Source: Psammoneis japonica (taxonomy: Eukaryota). Taken from it: a DNA stretch of 64,000 nucleotides. The position numbers and the translations under genes were made by a program. The notes beneath the pieces were generated by a model, which had not been told where the DNA came from, searched no databases, and saw nothing but the letters and a program-made list of their open reading frames with translations. The stretch lies in contig QPGO01000010.1 in NCBI GenBank assembly GCA_008632985.1, positions 372,001 to 436,000 on the forward strand, in the 5' to 3' direction. Shown piece by piece: positions 24,366 through 38,400 of the stretch (its first letter is position 1; the number at the start of each line of letters is the position of its first letter).

Positions 24366-27174
24366 AAGTGCGCCATTTGCATGCTTGGGCTCTAAATGCG
24401 TCAATGCATGTTGTTCTCTAAAAAAGAGCCGATTGTCAACTGCAAAGACCAAAGTGAAAACACAAGCAAAGGCGCAAACAACGTTCAACTCTGTGCTGCA
24501 CATGCCGTTGAGAAGTGTGAAACGTGAAGAGCACCTTTCCGCCAAGGCGTCCTGCAATGCCGGCATGCTTCACTTCCAAAGAAGGTTTTTTCAGAACAAC
24601 ATTTTCTGACTTGGTCTTCATGCTTCTGAGAACCCAACCTTGCGTTTTCTCTTGTTTTGAATGCATCTTGGAACTCATCAAGACAATTGAGGACCAATGT
24701 CCCACCGACTGTGTTGCCATTGTTGTTGAGCAGTGCTGCAATGACCTCAGCCGTGCACAACAGGTTTTCGCCATGGTTGCCACTGCCAAATCAACATCAC
24801 CAACCAGAACAATCCTTTCGCAAGCAATGCTGGGATGGCAATTGGGGTGCAATTGTGTGGCGGGGAAGTTTTTGAAGACAACACAACTTTCAAAACATCC
24901 CCTGAGCTTCTTGCCAAGTGCCATCCAAAACGACAAAGAGGGGGGCACCAGCCTCAACAGCAGTCTCATCACTGTTGTGAAGGGTCGTGTTGCCAGCACC
25001 AGTCCAAACCAATGCGGGATTCATTCCTTGTCATTCAATTTGTTTCAAATTGTTTTCAATTGTCTTTGCATCATTTCGTCCGGACCACATCCACTTGTCA
25101 ACAGTGACATGCTCTGACAGCAATGACTCCTGGTGTTCATTGCAACACCCTTCCGCCACTGCAAAGAACAATTGCGCTGTCGAAGTTGGTCATTTCACTT
25201 CGTTGGAATGCTGCAGGCAGCAGAACCACTTGCATGGCGACAGTCAGCTGTTTTGTTGCATCTTTGACAAAAAGCTGCACACCCTGATGCTTGTGTTTCA
25301 TGCATTTTGCCACAAGCTCACACAACCTCCACATCCATTCAGGAACACAGTCCTTGTCATTCATGATGGAAAAGCCAGATTTTTCACAGAGAGGGTGCAG
25401 CCTGTTCTCGGCAAAACAAAAGCAAGATTTTTCAACGCTTTGCCGCATTTTACAGTCATGTGAAGCTTCTTGCATCAAAAACAGTGCTGCACCTTGACAT
25501 TGGTGATTCCTTGACACACAGAGAGACCGCAGAAATGTAAAATGAGATCTGGCTGGGCAGAGTCAGACGGCCACCATGATGGAACATTCGTCATCCATGA
25601 GACTGCACACTTCATCTCTTGCCTTTGGAGCTGGAGGGGCCACCCTCTTTTGATTCATAAAGTGCTGTCGATGAAACGAATCCAACAACGTGCGTTCTTT
25701 CTCATTCACCACATGCTTGAAGTGATGCCTGCTGTGGGTTGTTCTGCCAATGTGAAATGCAGAGGAGACTTGACAAAACAGGCCAACAACAGCTGCAACT
25801 TTGTGTTGTTGCTTGCAGCACCACATCCTGACATTTCCAATGGCTCCAATGAGCTTTCATGGCCAGCAACCGGGGACAACAATTCTGGCTGTTGTGGGTG
25901 TGACAGGGACGGACGTGATGAAAAGAGAGCAGCAGCAATGCAGAAGAGAGAGTTTTGCTGCAGAACGGAAAGATGACCTGTCATTTTTGAGGTGTGTTCA
26001 GTGATGTCGCATCACTCAGCCTCTCATCACAGTGTCCCTCACTCTGCTGCTCTGATGGGGCAAGAGGATGAAAACAGCGTCGGCACATCCAACAGGCCCA
26101 CGGCAACATGCATCGCATGAGACGTGTTCCAGCCGCACGTGAACCAAATCGTGCACAAAAACGACATTTGCGCGATTTTTGCGCGGTCCCTAACTTACGA
26201 TCGAACTTTCACCACCAAAAGTATAGATTTGTGCAAATGTAAATGTTTTGCAACACTAACAAGACTCGTGTGAGTGTTGCAATGTCATTGTCATTGTGCC
26301 ATCTATGTTTTTCATTGCGTTGAAAGATTCGCAACACAACGGATGATTTTCGGCGAAAATGTTGCCGTTATTTGGATGTTGCCTAAATGTGTTTTTCTAC
26401 GATGCTACTTGGTGGGTTTTCTACCTGCAAAAAAATCTCAGCATAAATCTACTGACGTGCAATCAGCATCGAGTCTACTGAGGAAGTTCATGATGCACAT
26501 CCCATGAGGATTTGAACACCCCTCAAAAAACCACTTAAATGTTCATACTCTGCAAGCCTGTGAAAGTCAATCCGTCTGAGCATCTTTGTCAAAATGCCAC
26601 ACATGCTAAAATGTGCACAAATTACATTCAAAATCCGATTGTCGTTTTGTGCGTCACCTGGGACTGGAACATGTCATGGCATGACGCAAACCGCACACTG
26701 CCAATCAGAGACCACTTTGTGCGTCTCGAACAACAAAACAGAAATAGAACATTTGTGCTGGCATGTCAATGTTAGATTCAAATTTCATCGAGCAGTGGAT
26801 GCGGAGCGCGGGAACCACAGAACATTGGATCGACATCCCGTGCACAGGTTCCCCTCCGAGGGGCCCTGTTTGAGGGACCCTGTTCGAGGGAACCTGTCAG
26901 CTGGGTGGTGTTTGAAGTGCAATTAAAATGCCACCAATGAGGACAAGTGACTCTGTTCGAGCCCAAAAAATGCGCTTCTTGCACAGCAGCAGCAGCCCAG
27001 CGTTCTGCACCAATCGTCATGTGCGCTGCCACACCACATGGCACCAACACTGAAGTGGTCAGCTTGCTTGGCAGATGGGGGTCATGTGGTGTGTTTTGAT
27101 GTGTGAATCTCATGTGGCACATCAGGTTGAAATGTTTTGGGAAATTGATTTGCACAACTCACTCCAGCGTGTTG

Positions 27175-27445
27175 TTTGTTTTGGCAGAAAGTTGTTGGAA
27201 GGTTCGGCTGAGGTGATGTTTTGGCCCAGCACTGCTTGATGGCATCCAATTTCCTTGCATGTTGTCTCAGACTGTTCTGTGGGTCCAACCTTGTTGTTGA
27301 CTTGTCATGTGCAACCTGGTTTGAACAAAGCACACTTGGATGCATCATTTGTTTTGGCAGGAAGTTTTTGGAAGGTCGCCAAGGTGATGTCTTGCCTGGT
27401 CAAACAACGGGGTCCAATGTCCTCCTTGCATGTTGTCTCAGGTGC
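27175..27445. repeat. Diverged tandem duplication, period ~173 bp
   Basis: GTTTTTGGCAGAAAGTTGTTGGAAGGT (~27177) vs GTTTTGGCAGGAAGTTTTTGGAAGGT (27351); CCTTGCATGTTGTCTCAG at ~27253 and ~27424. Confidence 0.65.
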
Positions 27446-30400
27446 TGCTCTGCAAAGGGGCTCTCACTGCAAGTTTGGCACCATTGTTGACTCACCATGG
27501 TTGGCATGCTGCGGATCTTTGGCCCCCACCGCAGACTTTGATGAGAATGGAACCTTCAACCTGCACTGCATCACACCGCACTTTGGCCTTGCAACATTTT
27601 TTGGGCATGCCGGCATTTTTGAATCCACAGGCTCAGAAGAGCCTGTGTTGAACAAGCCATGTGCAGGGGTTGTGAGTCCCGAAAAACAGGGTTTGGGCCG
27701 ATTTCTGGTGCAGGGCTCACGCAGAAAATTCGCGCAGAATGTCTTGTTCGTCGTGCTTTTCCCGTGCTTTGCGAAAAATGAGCCACAACCTCAAGGAATC
27801 GATTTCAGTCATAACGGTTGACACTTTGCGTGCTCACTTTTTGATGACAAACACGACGATGTCCACCGTTCGGCAAAACTCCATCATTGGAAAATGTTGG
27901 CCGTGGTGGGACCGCAGTGAAGTGTTGATCGAATTTCTGAAAATGGAATTTTGAAGTGTTCACGCACAGAATCGTGTTGCTTGTGTAAAAGTCATCATGT
28001 AAAGTGTCAATGGTTTCAGGGGAAAACGATTCCTTGAGGCGTCGGTGGAGCGAGCAGAGAAGCACGGTAGAAGCACGAGAAAAAAATCGGCCCAAACCCT
28101 GTGTAATTTTTATAATTTTTTCTACGTAAAATTTCTACAAGCTTACTGCTTTTCGTACCGACCCCAGTAGCATTCTACGTTACATACCAGAATTTTTAAT
28201 TATTTATTTAGTCATTAATATATCATTACGAATTGACAACCACCGATTTTTGGCACGCGACACCACACGATGACACGTTCCGTCGAACGAGTTCGGGCCC
28301 ACCCGGAATAGTTACCAAGCCATTTGGGTACAGCTATATCAATGAGGTACTTGCGGATCATATATGTCTCATTGGCTTGGTAATTCTTCGTGGTTGACAA
28401 ATAAACGACGGCAAAGGATTCACGTGTTGTTTTGTCGTGCTGTGGCGTCAAGAGCCAGGTTAGTCGAGTTAATCCCAGTAGAAAACCTACGTAGGCCTAC
28501 TCTGAGCCACAAGCGCGCGTAATAAGCTTGTACGTGATTTTTGTACCAGTGCACATGGCTTATCGAAATCTGCACGCACAGCACACACGACACGATGCTG
28601 ACTACCGGTACCCTCGCTCCATCCATGCATGCATCGTGGCGCCGGCGGCCGGCGATCGCCTTGCCGTGGCGGGTGGCGGTCAAGTTCTTACCGTATGGTG
28701 CCAAGCCTGGCCAAGCAGTCCATTCCAGACACTACATTAGACAACTCTCTCTCTCTCTCTCTAGAGAGAGAGTAGATGGGAGTGAGACGACACTGCACAT
28801 GGCGTCGGGCCCAGGCACACGTTATGACGATTTCGTCCGCGGCGTATCGGTGGCAGCTGTTTTGGCTTTTGAAGTATCGAGAACGCAATCCTAACTCCAC
28901 CCAAACAACAACAAGAAAAAGTCGATTCAAATCGGAATCCCTGCATGAGCATCATGCTGGTAAGACCTTGGCTGGAAGTCTTACTGAATCCATATTCGTG
29001 ACGTGCGAGTCGCTTCAACGATAGAAGTGCATACCGCCGCGCACTTCCACTAAAACACGCAGCAACACGTTCAACGTGTTATTGTTCACGTGCGCCACCA
29101 TGGCCTTTTTGTGTCATCATCCATTATTGTTCCTGGAAAGATGCTCAAGTAGCAATTGCAAATAGGATTGCATTCAGATTTGATGGCGGTGCCGCCAAGA
29201 GTGTGTGCCAGACGCAGGGTATTTTGGGCGTTTCTGTTGCTATGATAATATGAAGTGTGTCTCCGAGATGTACCTTACACCATGATTGAGATTGGTCTGC
29301 ATGATTTATTGAAAAAGACAACCGAATCCAAACAACGTCAAGACGAAAATAATAACTCATCATGGATGCCACAATTGAAACCGTGGCCAATGCGAAACAA
29401 CCAATGGCATTTGTACGGTATCCTTAGCATGTCCAGCATACAGTGGTGGCATTCCTCGGGACGCCAAGTCATGTCAACCACATGCTGCTGGGCTTGTTCC
29501 TGTGGTTTGCTATTGTGTGTTTGGCAGGTCTTGCGTTGGCTTGGCTGTGGGTTCCAACTTGGGAAATATATACCGTACTGTTGAATGGTGTATAGGCTTG
29601 GCTGGTGGTGTTGCAGTTGTCGAAGATGCAGAGGGCGGTGGAGCAGGGAGAGTCGTTGGTGAATTTGTTTGTTGCTTCGTGGGAGATGGTGTGGGAGCAT
29701 GTGGCAGGGATAGACATGTTGTCGTAGGATGAGTTTTTGGGAGACCGTTGGCCGTGAAGAAAGAAAGCAGTCTATGACTAGTCCGCTGATTATTCGTTGG
29801 GTATGGCGTGCTAGTTGAAGTATCACGCCAAAATGAAAAACAAACATGAAATGAAATTCACTGCATTTACAGACGCGAAAGTGCTATCCGAGTTAATAGA
29901 ACATAGATATATCCTAAAAGAGGTGTTAGCTGAGCCCTCGAGAGATGCTTAGTACCATACTTTTTCTTTACACAGAGCCAAGAAAGCGGAGTCAATGGCT
30001 TCTTGTCATCTTGCAGTACGGCGTGACATTATGATATGAGTGCGGAAAGATCCTTCATTTTTCATCGAGCAGGACGAACGCCCCAAAGCGTTGCAAGTGC
30101 AGGTGTCCGTTCAACACATACACGGCAGTGTCGCGCTCTCTCTCTCTAGCCGCAGTGCATTGCGACGAACAAGATAAGATGACGTTGCCGGTCATTGACA
30201 GATGGCCATTGATGGTCGGTGCACGGTCATCCTTTACGACGTAAAGCAACATTTGAGCCTGTGAAAGCAAAGCGCCCCCTGTGCGCACGTGTGACACAAA
30301 CTTTTGTGCCTCTGCTCTGCACGAATGCCGGCAGCAGCTGGCATGATGCACAGGGTGGAGAGAAAATGGCAAACCATTGTTGATGGTCACACAGCACAAA

Positions 30401-31311
30401 AGCCCAGCATCAGCATTGGAAGATGATCCAGCAACCCAGCATGGGTGGAGACAGCATGAGATGCCACAATGGTGCAAAAGCACGCTGCAAAGTGACATGT
30501 CAACAGAATGTTTGCACAGGCAGTGTTTCAGAGCAAGCTGCAATTTGCAGCCAAGCTGTTGCTCTGAAATTGCAGGTGCTTGATGCTTTTGAAGTTGGCG
30601 CCAAATTTGAGCACTGCCAAAGCTGTGCTGGCACGTCAATGTGCTCACCACCCTGCTGCTCTGCTGTCCTGCCCTCTTTGGTGCAAGCACTGTTGTTTTT
30701 GCCAGCTTGCAGCTTTGCCCCCCTCTGTGAGCACAATCTCTTGCCTGGCAAGGGTGCTCCAGTGGTGCTGCAGAGAGCAGCAGTGCTTGCCTCTGGAGCA
30801 CCCACCCCTGCTGACTGCATGCTCAGTCTGCTGCCAAGGTGCTGCCACCAGCAAGACAGCACCAGCACTGGGCTCTGAGGTGCACCACCATTCAAAGCTG
30901 CTGCTTTGGCCACACAGCTGCACTCAAATCATTGTCATCAGGTTGAAAACAAGTCAAATGAAGCCATGGCACTCTCGCTCTCATGGGGTGGCTCAGCAAG
31001 CTGTTTCACAAGGCTCTGCTGCAACCCACTTTTTTGCAGCATCCTTGGTCACAACAAGGTCCTGCACCACTTTCCAGTTGTTGCGGCTTCAACAAATCAT
31101 TGCAGTGGAAGCTTTGCAAAAATGGCCAACACATGGCCTGACTTCTTCTTCTTCAGCAGTGCTGCCAGCCAGTCACATGGAAAATTGACCACAAAGACAA
31201 ATTGATCGCCAATTGATTGCCGCCGCTTGCGAGACACTAAATTGGCTGATGCACCATGCATCTCATGACCTGTTGTGGCGCCTTGACACCATGTCAGAAA
31301 TGTGTTGTTAA

Positions 31312-32110
31312 ATGGGTGTGATCTTGATTGTCACTCTTGCAGGTTGTGATTTGTCTCCCAATCCAACGTTCACAGTGACGTCCCCGGCGACCTCAGTGTT
31401 GACATCGTCGGTGCGAACGAAGCCTTCTGAACACCTGTCCGACTTGGACTGGTGCCGCAAGGACTGTGTGGATGTCAAACCTTGCTTGCTCAAGATTCCT
31501 GTTGCAGATGATTTCCAAATAATGACCGATCCATTGGATGAACTTGAGGGCTGCTGCCTCTGCCATGACAAGACCAAGGGCCACTGGATGTGGAGCGGCA
31601 AAGTGTCCGGCGATGGAAAACCCTGCTTTCGTGTCCGTGGAGGCCAACACTGGGAAAATGCAAACAAGTTGGATGAGATGAGAAGTTCCAAATTCTGCCG
31701 TGAGTGCCCCCAAAAGAGCGCTTCTCAAACTCTCAGATGTCGTGAGGGGCACCATGACAATCTTCAGATGCATTGTGGCATGGCATTTGACAGGAAAGAG
31801 GAAAAGCAAACATTGTTTGACTGTTTTTGTTGGAGTGAAGAGACGATGAAATTTCTTTGTGGACACAAGGGCAGTGCGCTGGACAACATGCAGCTTGATG
31901 TGTTGGCGCATCTTTGGGAAATGTGCTGTCATCTCATGCTTGGTGAAAGAAGAAAACATCTTGGAAAGTCCTGGGTTTGAAGCACTTGGGCTCAGGGACA
32001 ACAACAGAAAACGAAAGAGGGATTGGCAACAAGACGCATCGACAATGAAAATGTTGATCACAGTGTCACCATCATGTCAGATGGCAATGGTGCCAAGACG
32101 GGGATGTTGA
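31312..32110 (+). pseudogene. Decayed ORF with possible GIY-YIG-like nuclease motif
   Basis: EGCCLCHD…WMWSGK…RVRGGQH reverts to EGCYLY.D…W.RSGK…R…QH; downstream LWEMCCHLML…ESPGFE. Family assignment is by motif resemblance only. Confidence 0.4.
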
Positions 32111-35100
32111 GATGCCAAAAGCAGAACAAGAAAGATGATGTTCATGTTCAGACCTCGTCACGGGTAATTTTCTGTAGAAGTGCAAGCCATTTGATGCTTT
32201 ACATTAGTTGACCACAAAATGCTTGTGGCCAATTTTCCACGTGACTAGCCAGATCTTCTCATGGCTTTTTTTCTGTTGGTTTTGGGCAGTGTTTCACAAA
32301 CTCATCAAACAAAAGCATTTCTCATGAGCAGGCAGCCCCACTCAGCTTCTTGCAGTCAGCCAGAAAGAGCATGTCACCTTTGAGCCATGGGTCTGATGCT
32401 CCCTCTTTGAAAAGTTTAGAGCCACAGCTCAGTGAACCAATTCCACAACAACAAAGCCCTTTGCTGGCTCAAACAGAGTTTGGTTGGCATGTTTCAGAAA
32501 AATTGGTTGAATCCAAAGAGCCACGTCATCACTTGAACTTGAATTTGGCCAATGTGATGTGGTGAAAGAGCACACCAAAATTGTAAAATCCTTTGTGCTG
32601 GATGCCACTGGAGGCAACAAAAAATGGCCTGAACCAAAGGCCACCTGAATTTTCTGGCACAAGTTTTTGGATCTGCCAGACACGCAATTGTGCAACCACA
32701 GATTCAAGCCACACTTGTCTCTTCTGTTTCACACATTTGCTGAAAGGTCCAAACACTCCTCAAGCTTTCCCAACCAGCGTGGATCAACTGGCAACTGTGT
32801 TGAAGACATGACTCCAAAGTGCACATCACCTTCCATGGCATTGTGTCCCAAGGGCAAATTAAAAATGAGAAATGAAGCCACCAAAACCACAGCGGCAATG
32901 TCAAAGTGCATGGCAACTTGCATGTGCAGAGACAGTGACCAAAGCAACCTCAGATTTGGCAGCATGCCTTTGTGCTCTCCAGGTGATTTGAAATCACAAA
33001 ATGGCTGAGGCACAAACAGACCATTTGCACTGACAACAAGATTGTGGCAACCATGCACCTTTTCTGACAGCATGTTGAGATGGGACAGATTGTCTTTGTG
33101 GCACTTTGCATTTTTGGCTTCATTGATGCTGGTGCAGCAGCAGCAGGTCAACTTCACATGGCACAGTTGGGGATGAAGACTGCTCCAAAATCACCACATT
33201 CAAGAGCTGTGACATGAACTCAAGACAAAGCTCCACAAAGGTTTGGCTGCATCCCCCACATCCACAGGCAGATCTGCAGTGGACTTTCCTGTGCAGCACC
33301 CAGGGTTGTAAATGGTGCACTCAAAATGGCACTGATGCCGCCAATGCCAGCCATTGGAGTGCAGTGCACCATTGTTTTTGCAGCCCTTCTTCTTGCAGTG
33401 GGAAATGCAGTCATGCTTTTTGAGCCACTTCTGGGCCAGCCATTGCCTTCATGCAGTGTGAATGGGTCAAAGTGAAAAACCCACACAGCTTCTCTGCTCA
33501 CCAATTCAAGAGATCAATGTTCTCTTTTGACATGGCCAAAACTTCATAAAAATGCTTTGCCTTTCCTTTTGCCCTCCTTGCACTTGAATTGCCTGAGCCA
33601 AGCATGGTGTTCTTGATTGTCTTGAGGCAGTGGTGTGAAGCTTGGTGCCACTCTTTTTGGTTTGCACCTTGAGCTCTCCTCTCTTCTCATTGTTTGCTTC
33701 GGGTGCTGACACATGATCATCTTTGTCCATGCTGCAGTCTTCATCATCATTGCCAAATCATTTGTTGTTGTCGCCATTGCCACTGACAATTTCTCCACAA
33801 ACAAACCTCAGCAGCAGCCCTGAGTCTCCCTGGCAACTCTTGCCACTGTTTCTCTTTTTGTTGAGTGACTCTTGCTCCAAAGTCTCTTCCCACTGCATGG
33901 TTTCTTGTGTTGGCTCTTTCTCTTCTTGCCTTGGCAGTGTGCTGCTGCTCTCATGCTTGAGAGTGCCTCACTTCCTCCATGGCTCTCCAAGGAGCTCTTG
34001 TTGGAGAACATTGTTGGGGTCAAACAGACCTCCATCAATGGCACCTTGACCTCTCTCATTTGATGCCTCTGCCCTTCAGCACCAGGTCTGTTGCTGCCAC
34101 TGCCTTGGCCACACCTGTGGCAGTGTGTGCCAATGTGCAAACATCCAGGCTGCGGCTTTTGTGCAACAACTCTTGCTTTGTTTTTGAGTCTCCTGCCTTG
34201 CCTCTGTCATGTGTGCTGCACTGCAAAGAAAAACTGGCCTGTCCTCTTGCCAGAGCAAACTTTGTGAAACAACTCTGCCGGCAGCTTCTTGTCATTGGAC
34301 AAGCAAACACAATCTACAAGCACCAGCCAGATGTGGTCAACAGAGATCTTGGCAAACACAGAGCAGGGCAAAAGATTGTTGCATCATGGTGTGCAGCTAG
34401 AAGCCAAAAACAGTGCATTGTTGTTTTCTTCTAAAAATCCCAAGTGTGGTTCAGCACATTGCCATGGTCTCAAAGAAAATTCCAGCATGAGTCCAAAAGT
34501 GTCCTGAAAGTGCACCTCAGCCACGGTCAAGTTGCAGGGCAAGTGTGAGGCTCAGTTTTCTGTTTTTTTGGAAACAAATGGCCAAAATTGAAGAATTTAC
34601 CATGTGATCAAATCAAGTTGGGTTTGTGTGCTTTGTCATTGGCAAAAGAGCATCAAGCAGTTCCTCAGGTTTAGATCTCACTTCTGGAAATGGCGGCACT
34701 GTGTCACAAGCTTTCTTTTGGTCTCAACCCTGGTGCACACAGCTGCAGGGCAGTTCGTTCACTTTGTCAGAGCCATTGCCACATGCAGCAACAGTGACAA
34801 TGAGTGCCATGTGTGCAATGCACTGCAATGATGATGAAATGTTCCACACAGGTCAGGGATGATTGGCGAACATCTGCAAATGCAAGAAGCATTCATGCTT
34901 GATGAGTTCTGTGCTCCCAGAATCACAAGTTTAGATGCTCATTGACATCTGTGGTGTTGTCTATTCTGATGTATTTCATGGTGTGCATGCGCAAACACAG
35001 AGTGCAAATTAATGGATTTGGGGTGCCATTTCCATGCTGAAGTCATCTCAGAGGCAGATGCATGAGCAATTTGAAATCACTGAGTGAGCAATGCACATGT

Positions 35101-35437
35101 GCATCATCGATGTGCTCACACAATGTGATTCACATTGTGTTGTGCACTTGCCATGGGTCAAGCCAACTGTTGGGAACAAAAGCATGCAAGAGTGTGTGAC
35201 CATGCATGTCCAATGAGAGTTGGCACTCCAGTTTGCACAAAATTCACATGCAGTGACATGCAGATGTGATGTTGGAATCCAATCTCTAGACATGTGGTTC
35301 AGATGAACTGATGGAACACATGCAATGATGAAAAGCAAAAAGAGAACTTCACACAACTTGCTCACTTTTTGTGTGAGAACCACACAACTCATGTGAAGAG
35401 GCATTTTCATCATCAACAAACCAACAAGCCATCAACC

Positions 35438-38400
35438 ATGGCAGCAAACATTGCAGCCATGTGTGCTGCATGCCACAGACTGGGCTTCATGAATGAAGCC
35501 TCAACGGCCCTTGCCACCAACCAGGGAATCAACACCATCAATGAACTGAGTCATCTTGATGACATCAAGCCATTGGCTGCCCAGGAGGTGCAGCAGGTGG
35601 TGGAGCAAATCCACAACCTGACCTGGGGACCACCACATTGCTGCGGGCTGAGATGAACCTCAAGCTTGCAGTTTTTGTTGCTTGCCACATTTTGAGTGCA
35701 TCTCACACATGTTGCGTGCAGTCAACATAAAACTCAACCATGTCAGGGGGTGCCACCATCTTCTTTCAGCGGAGGCAGCCCATGAGAACCCAAATGTTCT
35801 GCCTGCCAACATTAAAAAGGACTGGCCAAAGACAATGGAATTGACACATGAGCATTTTCATGCTTGTTGCGGGGAGACCAACATCCCCCTTGCCTGTGTG
35901 GTCTGAGACAATCAAGCAGTGACACCAGAGGCAGACAACAACACCAACAACTGTGCCAATGCCTGTGCTGAGATGATTGCCCATGCCCCACACTTCACTG
36001 CTGGGGCCAACCTGCAACCCACCAAAATGTTTGCCACAGACAAAGTCAAGGTGTGGGAGATTGTTGCTGGAATCATGCGGGAACACACATGTCGGGCACA
36101 TGTTGAGAAGGCTCAGTGTAACCAGGATGGCAGGATGGCCCACCTGAACCTGTGCAATTACTTCTTGGGCCCAAGTGACACAGATGACATGGCTGGCATG
36201 GCTGAAAAGTGCTCAGCAGGTCTTTCCCACCATGGCAAATGCCAAAACTGGAACTTTGAGTGCCCAGTGCATGTTCATGTTGAGCAGCACTCCATCATTG
36301 GGGTCCTCAAAGAGCATGGCCATGCCAGAGTCAACAAATGTTTGAAGGTGCATCACCTTCTGGACAGCATCAAGGACTTGTCCCTTGACTCCGTTGTGAT
36401 GCAGATCATGGCCAGCATGGCTCTGTGCAGCAACTTTGATGGGTGTGTTGTCTTGTGCAAAGACTTCATCAAACAGTCCAAGCTGGACAATGAAAACAAG
36501 AAGCTTTGCATTGCTGCCCTGAAGGCTGCCAAATGCCAATGCAATGATGTTGTTCACAAGAAAGACGTCAAGGACAAGTGCTGCCTGCCCAAGGAGTGCA
36601 AGCAGATGTCTCCAAAAGCAAGGAAGAAGCTCAAGACCCTGCACGATGCTTGCAGCAACAATGCCAAAAACATGAAGTGAATCAAGGTCCTCACCAGTGC
36701 AGTCACCACCATTGCTGCTCACATTGAGGACCAGCAGGACAATGCTGCAAGTGAGTCCAAAAAGCCCATGAAGCGGCCTGCCATCAAGCAGAGATGTGAC
36801 CTCTCCAACTTCCAACTCTCAAAGAACACGATGGCCAACAACTGGTTTGATGAGAATGACAACCTCAAACCTGGCAGGAAGGAGCAAGAATGATCCTCTC
36901 CAACCATGTGTCTCAGTCTGCTTTAGACTTTGCGCATCACCCAAATGACCACGAGGGATGCCATGTGCACAGAAGCTTGCAGTGAGATTGACAGTCATGC
37001 AGACAGATGCAAGCACACCAGGCAAGCAGGCTTTTTAATTGCACTCAACCATTGTTGTCCAGCAGATGTCACAGGTTGCAACCCAGAAAAGGGCACCAGC
37101 AAGAGTTTGCACAATGTCAGTGGAGCCATCGCATGCATGGGGCCCACTTTGGGCCACCAACACATCCTGGCAGTCCACCAGGCAGTGCACATCCTGCACC
37201 TTGAACACAACCTTTTGTGTCCCCCACGCCATTGTGGCTGAATGATGTGGGAGTTGATCTTCAACCAGAATTCCTGCTGACAAAGCCTGACAGTGAGTCA
37301 CATGTGGCGATGTTTGCAGATGCAAATGGGGATGAGCTCCAGATTCCATTGGAACTGCATGGTGTCAAAAGCTGCTTTCGCCCTTCAAACCCACTGCTTT
37401 GGAGCATGAATCAGCCATGCAAGATGGTGCAGTGGCAGAACTTACATGCAAGTCCCCCAAATGGGACCCACAAACTGGCAATTTTCAAACCAGAGAGGAT
37501 TCCATGACGGACTCTCTTGGATGTGTGCATGAGACCAGGGACAATGTGCATCCTCAGATTCAAATCTTGAGCACAAAGCTCTCACACATTGCAGCTCAAG
37601 AGACCTCAGACCATCTGGGGAATCAGCTGCTTCAAGACATCTTGCACACATGCAACAACCGCATGCTGCTGGCCTTGATTGGTCTCTCTTTGCATGGGAC
37701 GACAAAGTGGGGACTGCATGTCAACGCAGAATGTTTGGCCAAGAATTGGTCTGTCAGCCTCAAGGATGCTGAGAATGCTGTCAAAGTCACAACACAGTGT
37801 GGTGCATGAATGGCCCTCCATCCAATGCTGTCACAAAGGTTTTGGATGAATGATCAGCAGTTACAACACAGGTGTGTCATGAAGGAGATGCACTCCAACA
37901 CACCAATTTCCTTGACCAAATCAAGAAGAGGCAACACCTGTGCCCAAGTCTTTGGCATGTCCAGTGGTTGGTTTTATGGGCTTGTCCTCTGAGATCAAAA
38001 GGATCAGTGCACAAAGCTCTGTCCTTGCTCTTTGTGCAAGATGGTGCACCCCACATGTGATGATTGTGGATGGGGCAAAGGAGAAGATGCTGGGTCAGTT
38101 CAGCAAGAAGGCCAGGGAGGCTGATTGTCATGTCAGGCAGACTGAACCCCATGCTCCATGGTCCAATGCTGCTGAGGGCAATGTTCGTGAACTCAAGCAC
38201 AGCATCAGATGCAAAATTGTAAAGACTCAAGCTCCAAAGCATCTTTGGGATGATTGTCTTGAACTTGAGGCTCTCATCCAGTCCAGTGCTGTCCATGACA
38301 TTTACAAGTTAGATGGAAAGGTTTCAGAAACCGTTGTGTCCAGACAGACAGCCAACATTTTGCACATGTGCGAGTCAGGCTGGAATGCCTGGGTCATGTT

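Larger units (their letters stand above)
23470..28000. other. TpA-depleted domain 2 (HA pseudogene plus unidentified decayed sequence), interrupted by a TA-retaining island at ~26190-26640
   Basis: TA scarce, TG/CA abundant, Tyr-poor six-frame ORFs. Normal TA content resumes at ~28100. Confidence 0.85.

Noticed and set aside
28215..30050. Short ORFs in the unconverted interval
   Set aside because: No domain similarity or coherent exon structure that I can support.
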